Shown here in pieces: positions 1 through 23,287 of a DNA stretch of 64,000 bases; within the stretch, counting starts at the first letter, position 1; every line of letters starts with the position of its first letter. Under the pieces are notes generated by a model that did no database searches, was not told the origin of the DNA, and saw nothing but the letters and a program-made list of their open reading frames with translations. The DNA is taken from assembly GCF_009914755.1 (NCBI RefSeq), contig NC_060928.1; one strand, given 5' to 3'. This DNA is from the human T2T-CHM13v2.0 reference genome, Homo sapiens. A program made the translations under genes and the position numbers.

Positions 1-183
<183 letters not shown>

Positions 184-438
184 TGAACTCCTGATCTCAA
201 GTGATGCACCCGCCTCTGCCTCCCAAAGTGGTGGGATTATAGGTGTGAGCCACTGCGCCTGGCCTAATAATGCTCCATGTTTCACCTTCTTTTTTGTCTT
301 TATAGATTACATGCAGACTAGCTTCTTATGGAAATACGTTATTTCTTCTTAGTATAATCCAGGAATTTAGACTTCAACTTCATCCCAATTCTTGCACTTC
401 ATTAGTTTACAGTTTGTCTGTGACATCCATGCTTATGA

Positions 439-711
<273 letters not shown>

Positions 712-1420
712 TGAAGTCCAGACTTCGTGATCCGCCTGCCTCGGCCTCCCAAAGTGCTGGGATTACAGGCATGAACCACTATGCCCAGCCTTTTTTTTTT
801 GAAACAGAGTCTCACTCTGTCGCCATGCTGGAGTGCAGTGGCACAATCTCGGGGAGATTACAGTTGTGAGCCACTGTGCCTGGCCAGATCCCTGCTTTTT
901 AAATACCTCTTTGGAGCAAGCCACACCCATATGTAAAAGGGTGTCTGTACCCCATTGATCCTGTGCACTTCATCTTCAGTATTCTTTTGCTCCAACTCCG
1001 GCTGGTGTGCCATCTTGGTTTAGCTGTTTTTCCTGCATTGATTCTTCTGCCTTTTCATCTTTCACGAGGATCAGTTACCCTGCCTTTCATGGACTGACAC
1101 ATTAGGGATGACCTTAAGGTAACTGATCTCTGTACTTTGGACTCTCCCCATGTAAACTGTGCCATGGCTGCATCGTTTCTGGCAAAACAAACTCCACCTC
1201 CTCCTTGAAGCTTGCTCAAGACTACTAGCTGGAAGCAAATTCTTCAAACTCTAAAAGCTCTTACTGACTGTGCTTTTACTAAAGCAGGATATATTTTATT
1301 TCCTCAACTAGATAATGAGCTGGTGAAAGTCAAAACCCATTTTATACTTCTTTACCCACCTCCTAGCCCCACACCACCCTTGCACCTTAAACAGAGAAGG
1401 TGCTGAATAAATACCTGCTG

Positions 1421-2585
<1,165 letters not shown>

Positions 2586-2747
2586 TAAAATTTACCCTTG
2601 TAAGTAGTTCAGGTTCTTTTTTTTTTTGAGATGGAGTTTCGCCCTTGTTGCCACCACGCCCGGTAGAGATGAGGTTTCTCCATGTTGGTCAGGCTGGTCT
2701 TGAACTCCCCACCTCGCCCATCTCGGCCTCCCAAAGTGCTGGGATTA

Positions 2748-3089
<342 letters not shown>

Positions 3090-3267
3090 TTACCACCAGC
3101 CCACGGCAACCACTGATTTGTTTCCATAGCTTGCCTTTCCCTGAATGGTATACACATGGAATTATGAGGTAAGTGGCCTTTTGCATCTGGCTTCTTTCCC
3201 TTAGCATAATGCTTTCGAGACTCATCTATGTGGTTGCATGTATCTGTAGTTACTTTATTTTATTATT

Positions 3268-4622
<1,355 letters not shown>

Positions 4623-5171
4623 ATATCATTCTATTGAATGGGTAGATACAAATTTGCTTTTCATTCACAGTCTAGACTACTTTTAGGTTGTTTCTAGTTG
4701 TTAGACACCTCCCATTTGGGTCTTTAGGTACCACAGGTTTTCAGTTCTCTTGTGTAAATATCTAGGAATGTGATGACTGGATTATATGCTAAGTGTCTAT
4801 AAGAAAATTCAAGTTTGCAAAAGTGTTGCATTTCCAAAGTTGTTAACAACAGTTTGCATTTCCATCAGCAATATTAGAGTCATAGGCTAGGCAGGCGGTT
4901 CACTCCTATAGTCCCAGCACTTTGGGAGGCCAAGGTGGGAGCATCACTTGAGCCCAGGAGTTCAAGACCAGCCTGAAAAATAGTGAGACTATGTCTCCAC
5001 AAAAAAGAAATTTTAAAAAATTAGCTGGGTGTGGTAGGTCGTACATGTGGTCCCAGCTACTCGGGATGCTGAAGGGGGAGGATCGCTTGAGTCCAGGAGG
5101 CAGAGGTTTCAGTGAGCTGAGATCATGACACTGCACTCCAGCCTGGGTGATGCAGCAAGATCCTGTCTTAA

Positions 5172-5390
<219 letters not shown>

Positions 5391-6196
5391 TAACACGCCT
5401 GGCTAATTTTTTGGTACTTTTTAGTAGAGACAGGGTTTCACCGTGTTAACCAGGAAGGTCTCGATCTCCTGACCTCGTGATCTGCCCGCCTCGCCCTCCC
5501 AAACTACTGGGATTACAGGTGGGAGCCACTGTGCCCGGCTGTAAAGTGCTGTGTTTCGATCTCAGCTTGCTACAACCTCCACCCCCTGGGCTCAAGTGAT
5601 CTTCCCACCTCAGCCTCCCGAGTAGCTGAGATCACAGGTGCACACCACCACACCTAACTTTTTGTATTTTTGGTAGAGACAGGGTTTTGCCATGATGCCC
5701 AGGCTGGTTTTGAACTTCTGACCTCAAGTGATCTGCGCCCCTTGGCCTCCCAAAGTGCTGGAATTATAGGCATGAGAACCGCACCCAGCCCTTGTTGCAT
5801 TTTATACTTAGCTTTTTAAACTTTTAGCCATTCTAGTAGGTTTAGTGATAATTTTTAGACAAACAAGGAAAATGTACAGGTTCATTAATCTAGGAAACAT
5901 TTATGCATAAAACCAGTGCCTGGCTTTAGCTTTGGGTTGATACACTTTGCCAGAAGTTTGATTTTATTTACTGTGTCAGGAATATCAGCATGTTGAGAAC
6001 ACACAACACAGTTTCTTGTCTCTAGACCCTCTCAGACAGATGAGAAAGACATGGGAAAGAAAACAGGCGCAAGAGTATACTTATGGCACTTTAGGAGTTC
6101 ATGTGGGAAGGTTTTAACCTCTCCTTGGGAAGAAGGGAAAGGTTGCCAGAAGTTGTCTTCTGAGTCAAGTCCATATTCCTCTAAATTGATGATTAG

Positions 6197-6477
<281 letters not shown>

Positions 6478-8302
6478 TAGAGATGAGGTCGCACTGTGTT
6501 GCCCAGGCTGGTCTCGAACTCTTGGGCTCAAGTGATCTTTCCACTTCGGGCTCCCTAAGTGCTGGGATTACAGGCGTGAACCACTGGGCCTGGCCCAGAA
6601 GGTAATTAATCTTAATATAAAAAGTAGGCTTCAGAGTTATGGAATTGCGGATCTGAAAAGTCCCCCTATCTCAAATATATACATCTCTAAAGCCATTGTA
6701 CATAGTGGCCCATCAGGCCCCAAAGATTAAAAGATGTTTTTGGGAATAGGGCCAGGGTAGAGCAGAAAGAAGACTGGACAAAGTGTCTGAGAGACATGGA
6801 AAGAGCACCGGACTGGCTGGAAATTGAGTCATGGGTCCTACCTCCATCTGTGCCCTAACTACTTGTGCAAACCTGGACAAGCCAAAAGCTTGTAGGCCTG
6901 TCTCCTTTTACATATAAAACAAGAGCCTGCACCTCTAAGATCTCTTGCATTTGTGACATTTTGTGGCCTACATAACATTTGGAGGGAGAATTCTGGAAGG
7001 AAGGACAATGGTAAAGGCCAGAGAAGAGAGAGGCAGAGCAATGCAGTTGATAGGCTATGTAACTTGTATTTAAACCCATCAAATGGAACGATACCTAAGG
7101 TTGAAACATTTTTTTTTTTTTTTGAGATGGAGTTCTGTTCTTGTTGTCCAGGCTGGAGTGCACTGGCACGATCTCTGCTCACGCAACCTCCGCCTCCCAG
7201 GTTCAAGCCATTCTCCCGCCTCAGCCTCTTAAGTAGTTGGGATTACAGGCGTGTGCCACCATGCCCAGCTCATTTTGTATTTTTAGTAGAGACAGGGTTT
7301 CTCTATGTTGGTCAGGCTGGTCTAGAACTCTCGACTTCAGGTGATCTGCCTGCCTCAGCCTCCCAAAGTGCTGGGATTACAGGCGTGAGCCACCGCACCC
7401 GGCCAAAACAGATTGTTAATGATCACCAAGGAATATCCAACCAGAGGCTGATGCGTGAAATCAGGAATGTGCTAGGAATACAATATGCAGAAGAGCAGGC
7501 AGGGAGATTTTCACCAGGAGGGTAGAACCCCAAGACCAGGGATCCAGGAGCATTAATTTATTTAACAGTAGTTATTAGGGAGATTCAAGGAGGCAGGCTC
7601 ATGCTTAACATGAGGGAAGACTGTGATGGGTACTGAACGTTGGGTACCGACATGGGTAAGGATGGTCCCCACTTTGAGAGATTGTGATACCAAGCTAGGA
7701 TTTTGTAACCATTCATCTAACTAATATTTGTTGAGCAACTAACGAGTTATAGGTGCTGGGGATAAAAAAATGTCTCTGCCTTTCTGGAGCTTAAGTTCCT
7801 AAGTAGGGTAAATAAATAAAAATACCTAGCATGTTAGTAATAAATGTTAGAGACAGAAACAGCAGGGAAGGGCATTAGGATTGGACGAAAATGGGAGCAG
7901 AAACAGCAGGGAAGGGCATTAGGATTGGACGAAAATGGGAGCGGGTTCCAAATGTGATCTAGGCTCCAAAAGAAGGCAGGAAGGAGCCCAGCTCAAGTCT
8001 CAAGTTCTCTTGTTCACCTCCTTCCCTTCTCAGCATGAAGGGAAAACCTCCCTGGCTCAAGCTGTTGATGCCTATAATGAGTAAGACACTATTCCAGTTA
8101 TCAGAACCAGAACAAGAGGTCAGAGTCCAACCGGCAGCAAGAGTAGATGATGCTGGCTGGACTCGGTGGCTTACACAGGTAATCCCAGCACTTTGGGAGG
8201 CCGAGGCGGGTGGATCACCTCAGGTCAGGAGTTCGAGACTAGCCTGACCAACATAGTGAAACCCCATCTCTACTAAAATACAAAAATTAGCTGGGCGTCC
8301 TA

Positions 8303-8843
<541 letters not shown>

Positions 8844-8906
8844 TCACCTGAGGTTGGGAGTTCGAGACCAGCCTGACCAACATGGAGAAACCCCCGTCTC
8901 TAACTA

Positions 8907-9193
<287 letters not shown>

Positions 9194-9463
9194 TCATTCT
9201 CATTTCAGAGTTTTTATCTTGCAGAAGATCCTAAAGTTTGGATACAGCAAAGTAAAATACAGACTTTTGAAAAACAGTTAGGAATTCAAGTTCATAGCAA
9301 CAGCTTCCCTCAAGAAAATTTTCAATTGATTTGTAATTTGGCCTATGAATTTGACCTGTGGCCTTCATGTCATGATAATTTGGGTCACTCTGAATATGCC
9401 ATCCCTTGAACAAGGGCCTCTGCTAATTTTAAATGAATGCAGCTGCCCATTCGCCATTCTTCT

Positions 9464-9478
9464 ATTTGCATCACAATA
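9464..9478 (-). promoter_or_regulatory. Sox-Oct composite motif (TATTGTGATGCAAAT)
   Basis: + strand ATTTGCATCACAATA: a perfect octamer abutting a Sox site, in Alu-free DNA about 1.8 kb upstream of the TSS. Confidence 0.7.
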
Positions 9479-11309
9479 TGTGGGAATAAATTTGCAATTA
9501 ATAAGACATTTCCAGTAAGCAGTCAGATTGAGGAAATGAAGGACATTTAGTAAGTTTAACAAGAGACATTTCATTTTTGCCTTTTTGGACCTAAAAAAGG
9601 GAAAGAAAACAAGTTTATGTCTTTGACAACCTTGGTAGAGGCCTGAATTGTACCCTGGGCTACAGCATCTAAAAAAGCCATGTGACCTCAAACTTGATTT
9701 TAGTTAAACAAATAAAATATATATAGAAAAGTTTGTACCAGTCCTAAAAATGTCGATCTTCCTTTCCTCCCTCCCTCCCTCCCTTCCTTCCTGTCTCTTT
9801 GGTTCAATGAAAATGAATACTTTTCAGGTTTGATTCATGGAGAGGTGTTACATTTGAAATTGCCTCATTGAAACTTTTGGTGGTCGAGCACCTTAGGGTC
9901 TTCATTTCATCTTGCATCGGAGACTGCATTAATTAGTAATATATTGTCCAGATAGAGGGAAACAGAGGTCCTATGTGGGTATACCAGGAAATGAAGAGTC
10001 TGGAAGCCCTGCCCTAAGAGAAACAAATAAAGGAACTTCAAAGAGAAGGAAGTGAGGTACCCTGAGGAGAAGCTGGGATGTCTTAACAACTGCTTTGGGA
10101 TTTTGAGCTTGCCCTTTTCACTGTGTAGAGTGTTCCTTGCCCTACTTTCCACCTGTTGAAGTTTTCCTCATTCTCCAAGGTCAGACTGAATACATCTACT
10201 GTGAAAAGTTTCTAGAACCTCTTGGGATCCATCTTCCTACTGGCAAACCCCCATAGCACTTGCTACTTATGTTGTAATACCAAGCAATAGTCAGACTTAT
10301 CTAGGTCAAGTTAAGTAGGGGCTTGAACGCCACACTAAGGGGTTTAAGCTTTAAGCTTGTAGTCATGGGGAGCCACTATGCTTCTGAGGACAGGTGTGAC
10401 TTACGACTGACGTTTAGGAAGGTATCAAAGGCAGACTGAGAAGCTCTTTCAGGTGTGAAAGGGGGTGGAATTACTCTCTCTCTGTTCTTTTTTGTTGTTT
10501 TTGTTTTTGTTAGCACATGACTATGGGCTAGGCATTCCGCTTGGTTATCCCGCTTCATAGACGTGAGCCCGGTTACTCCGACACACCGTGGTCCCAGGCA
10601 GCCTCCCCGTCCTCACCACCTTTTCTTCTGTCATCTGAGGGTAATTCCTCCCCTGCAGTCGTGCTTTCCGGGCTCAGCAATGACCTGCTACCTGCCACGT
10701 CTAGGGATCTGTCCCCTCAGTCCTCACGCTCACGCTTTCTGAGTCCATAACCTCCTTCCCGAAACGTTTTCTTCTCACTTCTCCCAAACTGACTGCATTC
10801 CCCCTCCGGTAGTTTGAAATTTGGAAGACTTTTTTTTTTTTTACCGCAGACGCTTAAAACGAAGCTTAATTAGTCAAGGACAGCTATGGGTGGAGACTTG
10901 AAGAGATCTGAAGGGTATCTTGGAGCGCTTTAGACTTGAGAGGCCGGTGACAATAGCTCTAAAGAGACCCGTCAAAGCCTGCGGATTCTTCTTTTAACAG
11001 CTCTATTCTCATGCATGCACGCCAGGGCTGGGGGGAACTTTTGTTGTTTGTTTGTAATAGAAATCGAGAAAGGGAGTGGGGCCCGCCTCTTTTCTGACCT
11101 AAGGGCAGGAGTGAGGGGCCGGGAGGATTACGGGCGGCTCCCCCTAGACGCGCCCCCAGGCGAGCTGGAGACTGGGGCACTCCTTGCTTGGTAGAGGGGC
11201 GGGGCGCGCCTAGCGGCCACGCGCGCGGGCGTCGGAGGGGGCGTGTCTCGCGGGCGCGCGCGGGCGTCGGAGGGGGCGTGTCCCGCGGGCGGTGGCGGCG
11301 GCGGCGGCG

Positions 11310-11637
11310 GCGGCGCGGACTGGGTGCGCGGCGCAGCGTCCTGTGTTGGAATGTGCGGCTGCCGCGAGCTCGCGGCGCAGCAGCGGAGCGAGCGCCGCCG
11401 AGGCCCGGGGCCCCAGACCCTGGCGGCGGCTGCGGCAGCCGAGACGGCAGGGCGAGGCCCGGAGGCCTGAGCACCCTCTGCAGCCCCACTCCTGGGCCTT
11501 CTTGGTCCACGACGGCCCCAGCACCCAACTTTACCACCCTCCCCCACCTCTCCCCCGAAACTCCAGCAACAAAGAAAAGTAGTCGGAGAAGGAGCGGCGA
11601 CTCAGGGTCGCCCGCCCCTCCTCACCGAGGAAGGCCG
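11310..11637 (+). other. REST: REST non-coding first exon (exon 1a, 5'UTR); start approximate
   Basis: Inside the CpG island, downstream of GC boxes, ending at the strong donor GCCG|gtaagt (11638). Confidence 0.85.
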
Positions 11638-12299
11638 GTAAGTGGGGCGCTGGGCTGGGGGCTCGGTCAGGGTGGGGGAGGGCCGCCCGGGCGGCGGCAG
11701 TGGCGGGAGGGGGAGGGCGCGGAAGGACGCGGAGTCAGGCGCTGTCCAGGGCTGATTTGCAGATACTGTGGCTCCGGCGGCGGCGGCCCCGCCGGGCGGG
11801 GGCTGGCGGCCGAGCAGGATCGGGTTACACAGCAGCCGCCCGGGGGCTGGGGGCGTTTGTTGGGAGCAGCGCGTCGCCTGGACCCCCTCCCCACTGGAGG
11901 CTGGGACGCCGCCTCCGCGCTGGCCCGGACGCTCCACCGAGTCAGGTCCTTTGAGGCCAAGGAGCGGAGCTGCTCGGGCCCGTAGTCCTGAAACTTCCTC
12001 TGCTTCCTCCTCCTGCCCCCGGGTCCCACCGCAGCCCCGCGCCGGCCCGCGGCCCTCCTGGCCCCCTCCCCCAGGGCCTCTCCCTGTCGCCGGAAGGCGC
12101 CGTTGAGTGCGGCCGGGCGGGTTGAGTCAGCCCCGGGGCCCGGGCGGTTCCGCCTGCGGGGCTGGACAGCGATTTCTGCGCTTCAGCCGTCCGGCGCCGC
12201 TGGCCCCCGCGTCCGGCCACCCGACCGCTGGAGCTGGCGGGGCTGGGGCGCGCGTCCTGCCGGGCGCCGTGGGGGAGTGAAGTTCGCAAACTTCCGGGG

Positions 12300-12463
12300 C
12301 GCGGGGGTGGCGGCTGGCCCGCGTGGGGGCCCCCTCCGGCGCTCGGAGCCCGACGCCTCGCGAGGGCGCCCGCGGAGCCTCCCCGGCCCTGGGCGTTGGG
12401 CGAGCCCCGGGGCGGTCGGAGGGGCCCGGGGGCGGTCGGAGAAGCCCGGACGCCGGCTGCGCG
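12300..12463 (+). other. REST: Candidate alternative non-coding first exon (1b); start uncertain
   Basis: Donor-like GCG|gtaact at 12464 within the CpG island. REST is known to use several alternative 5' exons. Confidence 0.5.
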
Positions 12464-12649
12464 GTAACTTTCCGTCCTCTCCCGGGACGGGGGCCCTAGG
12501 GCTGGGGAGGGGGCTGCCTGGACTCGGGGAGGACTGGTTCCGGCCAAACAGCGCCTCGAGCTTGATCCCCTCCCCCGTTTTAGTGTTGGAGAGCGCAGGA
12601 AAAGGCTCAGGACGAGTGTCGGGGCGACTCCCGCGAGTTGGTGTGTAAA

Positions 12650-12754
12650 TGTGTGCAGTGAGCGGGCCGAGGCGAGAGGAAGCGAGAGCGCCCGAGTTTG
12701 CAAAGAGCTGCTTTGTGTTTGGTATTTTGAGAAAATGGCCGAATGCCTATTTCA
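12650..12754 (+). other. REST: Candidate alternative non-coding first exon (1c); boundaries uncertain
   Basis: Donor-like TCA|gttagg at 12755 at the 3' edge of the CpG island. Confidence 0.35.
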
Positions 12755-14062
12755 GTTAGGAATGCCGCCGCCGAGGCAGGCGCTGGTGGCAGCAGCACGG
12801 AGGAATTCGTGCAGCACGTTGGGCTTTCGGGCTGTGCCTGGACGGTCTTCCTAACAATCGTTAAAAATCCATTTGGGGTGGCAGTTAGGGGTTAGGGAGC
12901 AATTAGAAAAGTCGATGTTGGGCCAAATTACCCAATAGCTTGGGCTGTTCAGCCCCGGGACAGCCTTCGCCCTCTGTTTTCTGTGATGGCATTTGCTTCC
13001 AACTTTTGTTGGTACGTAGAACTAAACCGGTTTGTGTTTATACACTTGGGTGAAGCGGGTTACTTTTTGTATTTTCGGTTTAACTTTATTTTCTTAGAAC
13101 TTCTTACTTTTTTTAATTTGCGAGTGAACACTTCGTTTGAGAATGGCACCTTTTAGATTGAGAAGTAACGTAGCATCTAGAAAGCCCAACTTGTTTTGAA
13201 GAAGGTGATCTTGTAATGGCTTCCACTAGGCAAGTAGGCCAAGTCAAGCACAATGCAAGAAAGTTGCTGATTGTCGAGTTGAGTTGCACGATGATTTTAT
13301 TCGTATTGAAAAGCTTGGAATTCAGTGTTGTGGAACTTCAGCCTGCAGAAAAATAAGCTTATTAATTTTTATTTGTGAAGTTTTGAATAAATCAAACTTC
13401 CTTTTTCACAAGAAAAGGGGTCCATAAATGTTTTTTCTTTTAAGCCTGTGGAGTTGTCGAAAAATTAAGGGGCTGACTGCTACTTTTTCACAGTAGTTTA
13501 TTCTTTTGGAGTTAGTTGAGTTCATGCGAAATCCAATTAAGTTGAACAATTATTACAGGCTTGTACTTTCCAGATGTGTTTGTGTACTTAATAAATGCAC
13601 TGAATGGCTTGTGGATTTCTGGGCTTTCTGATTCAGACCATTGAACTGTTGAAGGGGGGAAAAGTTGGGAGGACAATAATTTACTACTCATGTTTTGAAT
13701 TTTTAAAATAATTTTAACAGTAAAAATGAAGGTTACTTTTTATCCCCACCAGAACAATTAAAAGTGCTTGAGGAGGCACCACATGCCAGTGGCTGAATGA
13801 TGAATGAGTTGTGCAAACAATTGGTAGAATTGTTTTATAGGGATAGTAGAAATTTTTTTTTGGTGATTGCAGTAGACTATTGGGAATTAACAACTATTTT
13901 AAAGATTTGTTTTTAATAGGCGATGAAGTTTACTGAGTTATAAAGATCATACTGGAAAATTTTTAAGTTATGAAGAATTACAGCGATGTGGTTTTAAGCC
14001 AGTAACAGTAGTGTTTAAACTGGTGCTCTTGTTTTGTTTTGTTTTTAATTCAGAATACAGTT

Positions 14063-14960
14063 ATGGCCACCCAGGTAATGGGGCAGTCTTCTGGAGGAGG
14101 AGGGCTGTTTACCAGCAGTGGCAACATTGGAATGGCCCTGCCTAACGACATGTATGACTTGCATGACCTTTCCAAAGCTGAACTGGCCGCACCTCAGCTT
14201 ATTATGCTGGCAAATGTGGCCTTAACTGGGGAAGTAAATGGCAGCTGCTGTGATTACCTGGTCGGTGAAGAAAGACAGATGGCAGAACTGATGCCGGTTG
14301 GGGATAACAACTTTTCAGATAGTGAAGAAGGAGAAGGACTTGAAGAGTCTGCTGATATAAAAGGTGAACCTCATGGACTGGAAAACATGGAACTGAGAAG
14401 TTTGGAACTCAGCGTCGTAGAACCTCAGCCTGTATTTGAGGCATCAGGTGCTCCAGATATTTACAGTTCAAATAAAGATCTTCCCCCTGAAACACCTGGA
14501 GCGGAGGACAAAGGCAAGAGCTCGAAGACCAAACCCTTTCGCTGTAAGCCATGCCAATATGAAGCAGAATCTGAAGAACAGTTTGTGCATCACATCAGAG
14601 TTCACAGTGCTAAGAAATTTTTTGTGGAAGAGAGTGCAGAGAAGCAGGCAAAAGCCAGGGAATCTGGCTCTTCCACTGCAGAAGAGGGAGATTTCTCCAA
14701 GGGCCCCATTCGCTGTGACCGCTGCGGCTACAATACTAATCGATATGATCACTATACAGCACACCTGAAACACCACACCAGAGCTGGGGATAATGAGCGA
14801 GTCTACAAGTGTATCATTTGCACATACACAACAGTGAGCGAGTATCACTGGAGGAAACATTTAAGAAACCATTTTCCAAGGAAAGTATACACATGTGGAA
14901 AATGCAACTATTTTTCAGACAGAAAAAACAATTATGTTCAGCATGTTAGAACTCATACAG
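14063..14960 (+). CDS. REST: REST coding exon 2 (exon begins 14054; codons 1-300): N-terminal Sin3-interacting repression domain and zinc fingers 1-4
   Basis: Translation MATQVMGQSSGGGGLF...APQLIMLANVAL... with four C2H2 fingers matches human REST. Acceptor ttcag|AATACAGTTATG (AG 14052-14053); donor ACAG|gtaaga at 14961. Confidence 0.99.
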
Positions 14961-15263
14961 GTAAGAGAAGCTTTCTAGTCCATAAGTTCAGTTCTCTTTT
15001 CTGATTGTTACTTGAGTGGTTAGTTAAGTAGTGCTTGAGAAAAAGGACTCTGGTTCAAATCCAGGTTCCATTTTGCTATCTTTGTGACCTTGCACAAGTT
15101 GTTTAACCTCTTTGTTCAGAAATTTCTCCATGGAGTAACAATATCTAGGTTGGGAGGATTATGTGAAGTTACATGTAAAGCACAGAGGAACAGCCAAGAG
15201 ATTTTACCGTGGTCTTACTAAAGTACATATCCTAACTTGGGGTTTACCTTCAGCAAGTTAGAC

Positions 15264-22690
<7,427 letters not shown>

Positions 22691-23203
22691 CTACCACTTG
22701 AAAATTTTTAGCATAAAGCAATTACATTCTCACTCAGAAGTATTGTTTTAAGCTAACACTTTCAAATGGTAGTAGATTCATCATTTACAAGTTAAAAAAA
22801 AAACCTAAAAACCGGTGTTAATAGCATCAGACAGTTCAGGTAGATTTTTTAAAAGGTGATTCTTAATATAACAAAAATGCTTTGTACCTTATCAAGATAG
22901 TTTTTTACTTATCACTACTTAATGTATTAACATGCAGTATCACTGTGAAAATTAAAAGGGCTGTGAGAATTCGGAAAGTCAATGTTGTTTTCTTGTCAGC
23001 AAAGCCAAAATAATGTAGTCATAGTTTCTGAAATAATTAACTTACATTTTAAGTACATGATAAATTGATCTTTTTGCCAGAAATAGGAAAAAAAAATTCT
23101 TGTTAAAATGTGCTGAGCGCTGAACATTGTTGCATTGTTAGTGAGAATTGTATTTGGCTATTTCGTGACATTTAAACACTCTTATATTATTGAAATTTTG
23201 CAG

Positions 23204-23287
23204 GAGAACGCCCATATAAATGTGAACTTTGTCCTTACTCAAGTTCTCAGAAGACTCATCTAACTAGACATATGCGTACTCATTCAG
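23204..23287 (+). CDS. REST: REST coding exon 3 (84 nt): zinc finger 5, [29 protein letters not shown]
   Basis: Acceptor ttttgcag|GAGAACG, donor TCAG|gttggt. Phase 1/1 joins exon 2 to the last exon in frame. Not in the ORF track because it is short. Confidence 0.98.

Larger units (their letters stand above)
10980..12850. promoter_or_regulatory. CpG island / TATA-less REST promoter
   Basis: Very high GC and CpG density, GC boxes (GGGGCGGGGC ~11196, GGGGCGTGTC twice), G-runs and GGC repeats. Confidence 0.95.

Noticed and set aside
10959-12854. Long overlapping Arg/Gly/Pro/Ala-rich ORFs (up to 265 aa) on both strands
   Set aside because: Expected from stop-codon scarcity in a CpG island; most have non-ATG starts and cross splice donors.
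14051-14062. Second AG (14059-14060) 7 nt downstream of the exon 2 acceptor
   Set aside because: Would only trim the 5'UTR, and there is no evidence of use from sequence alone.
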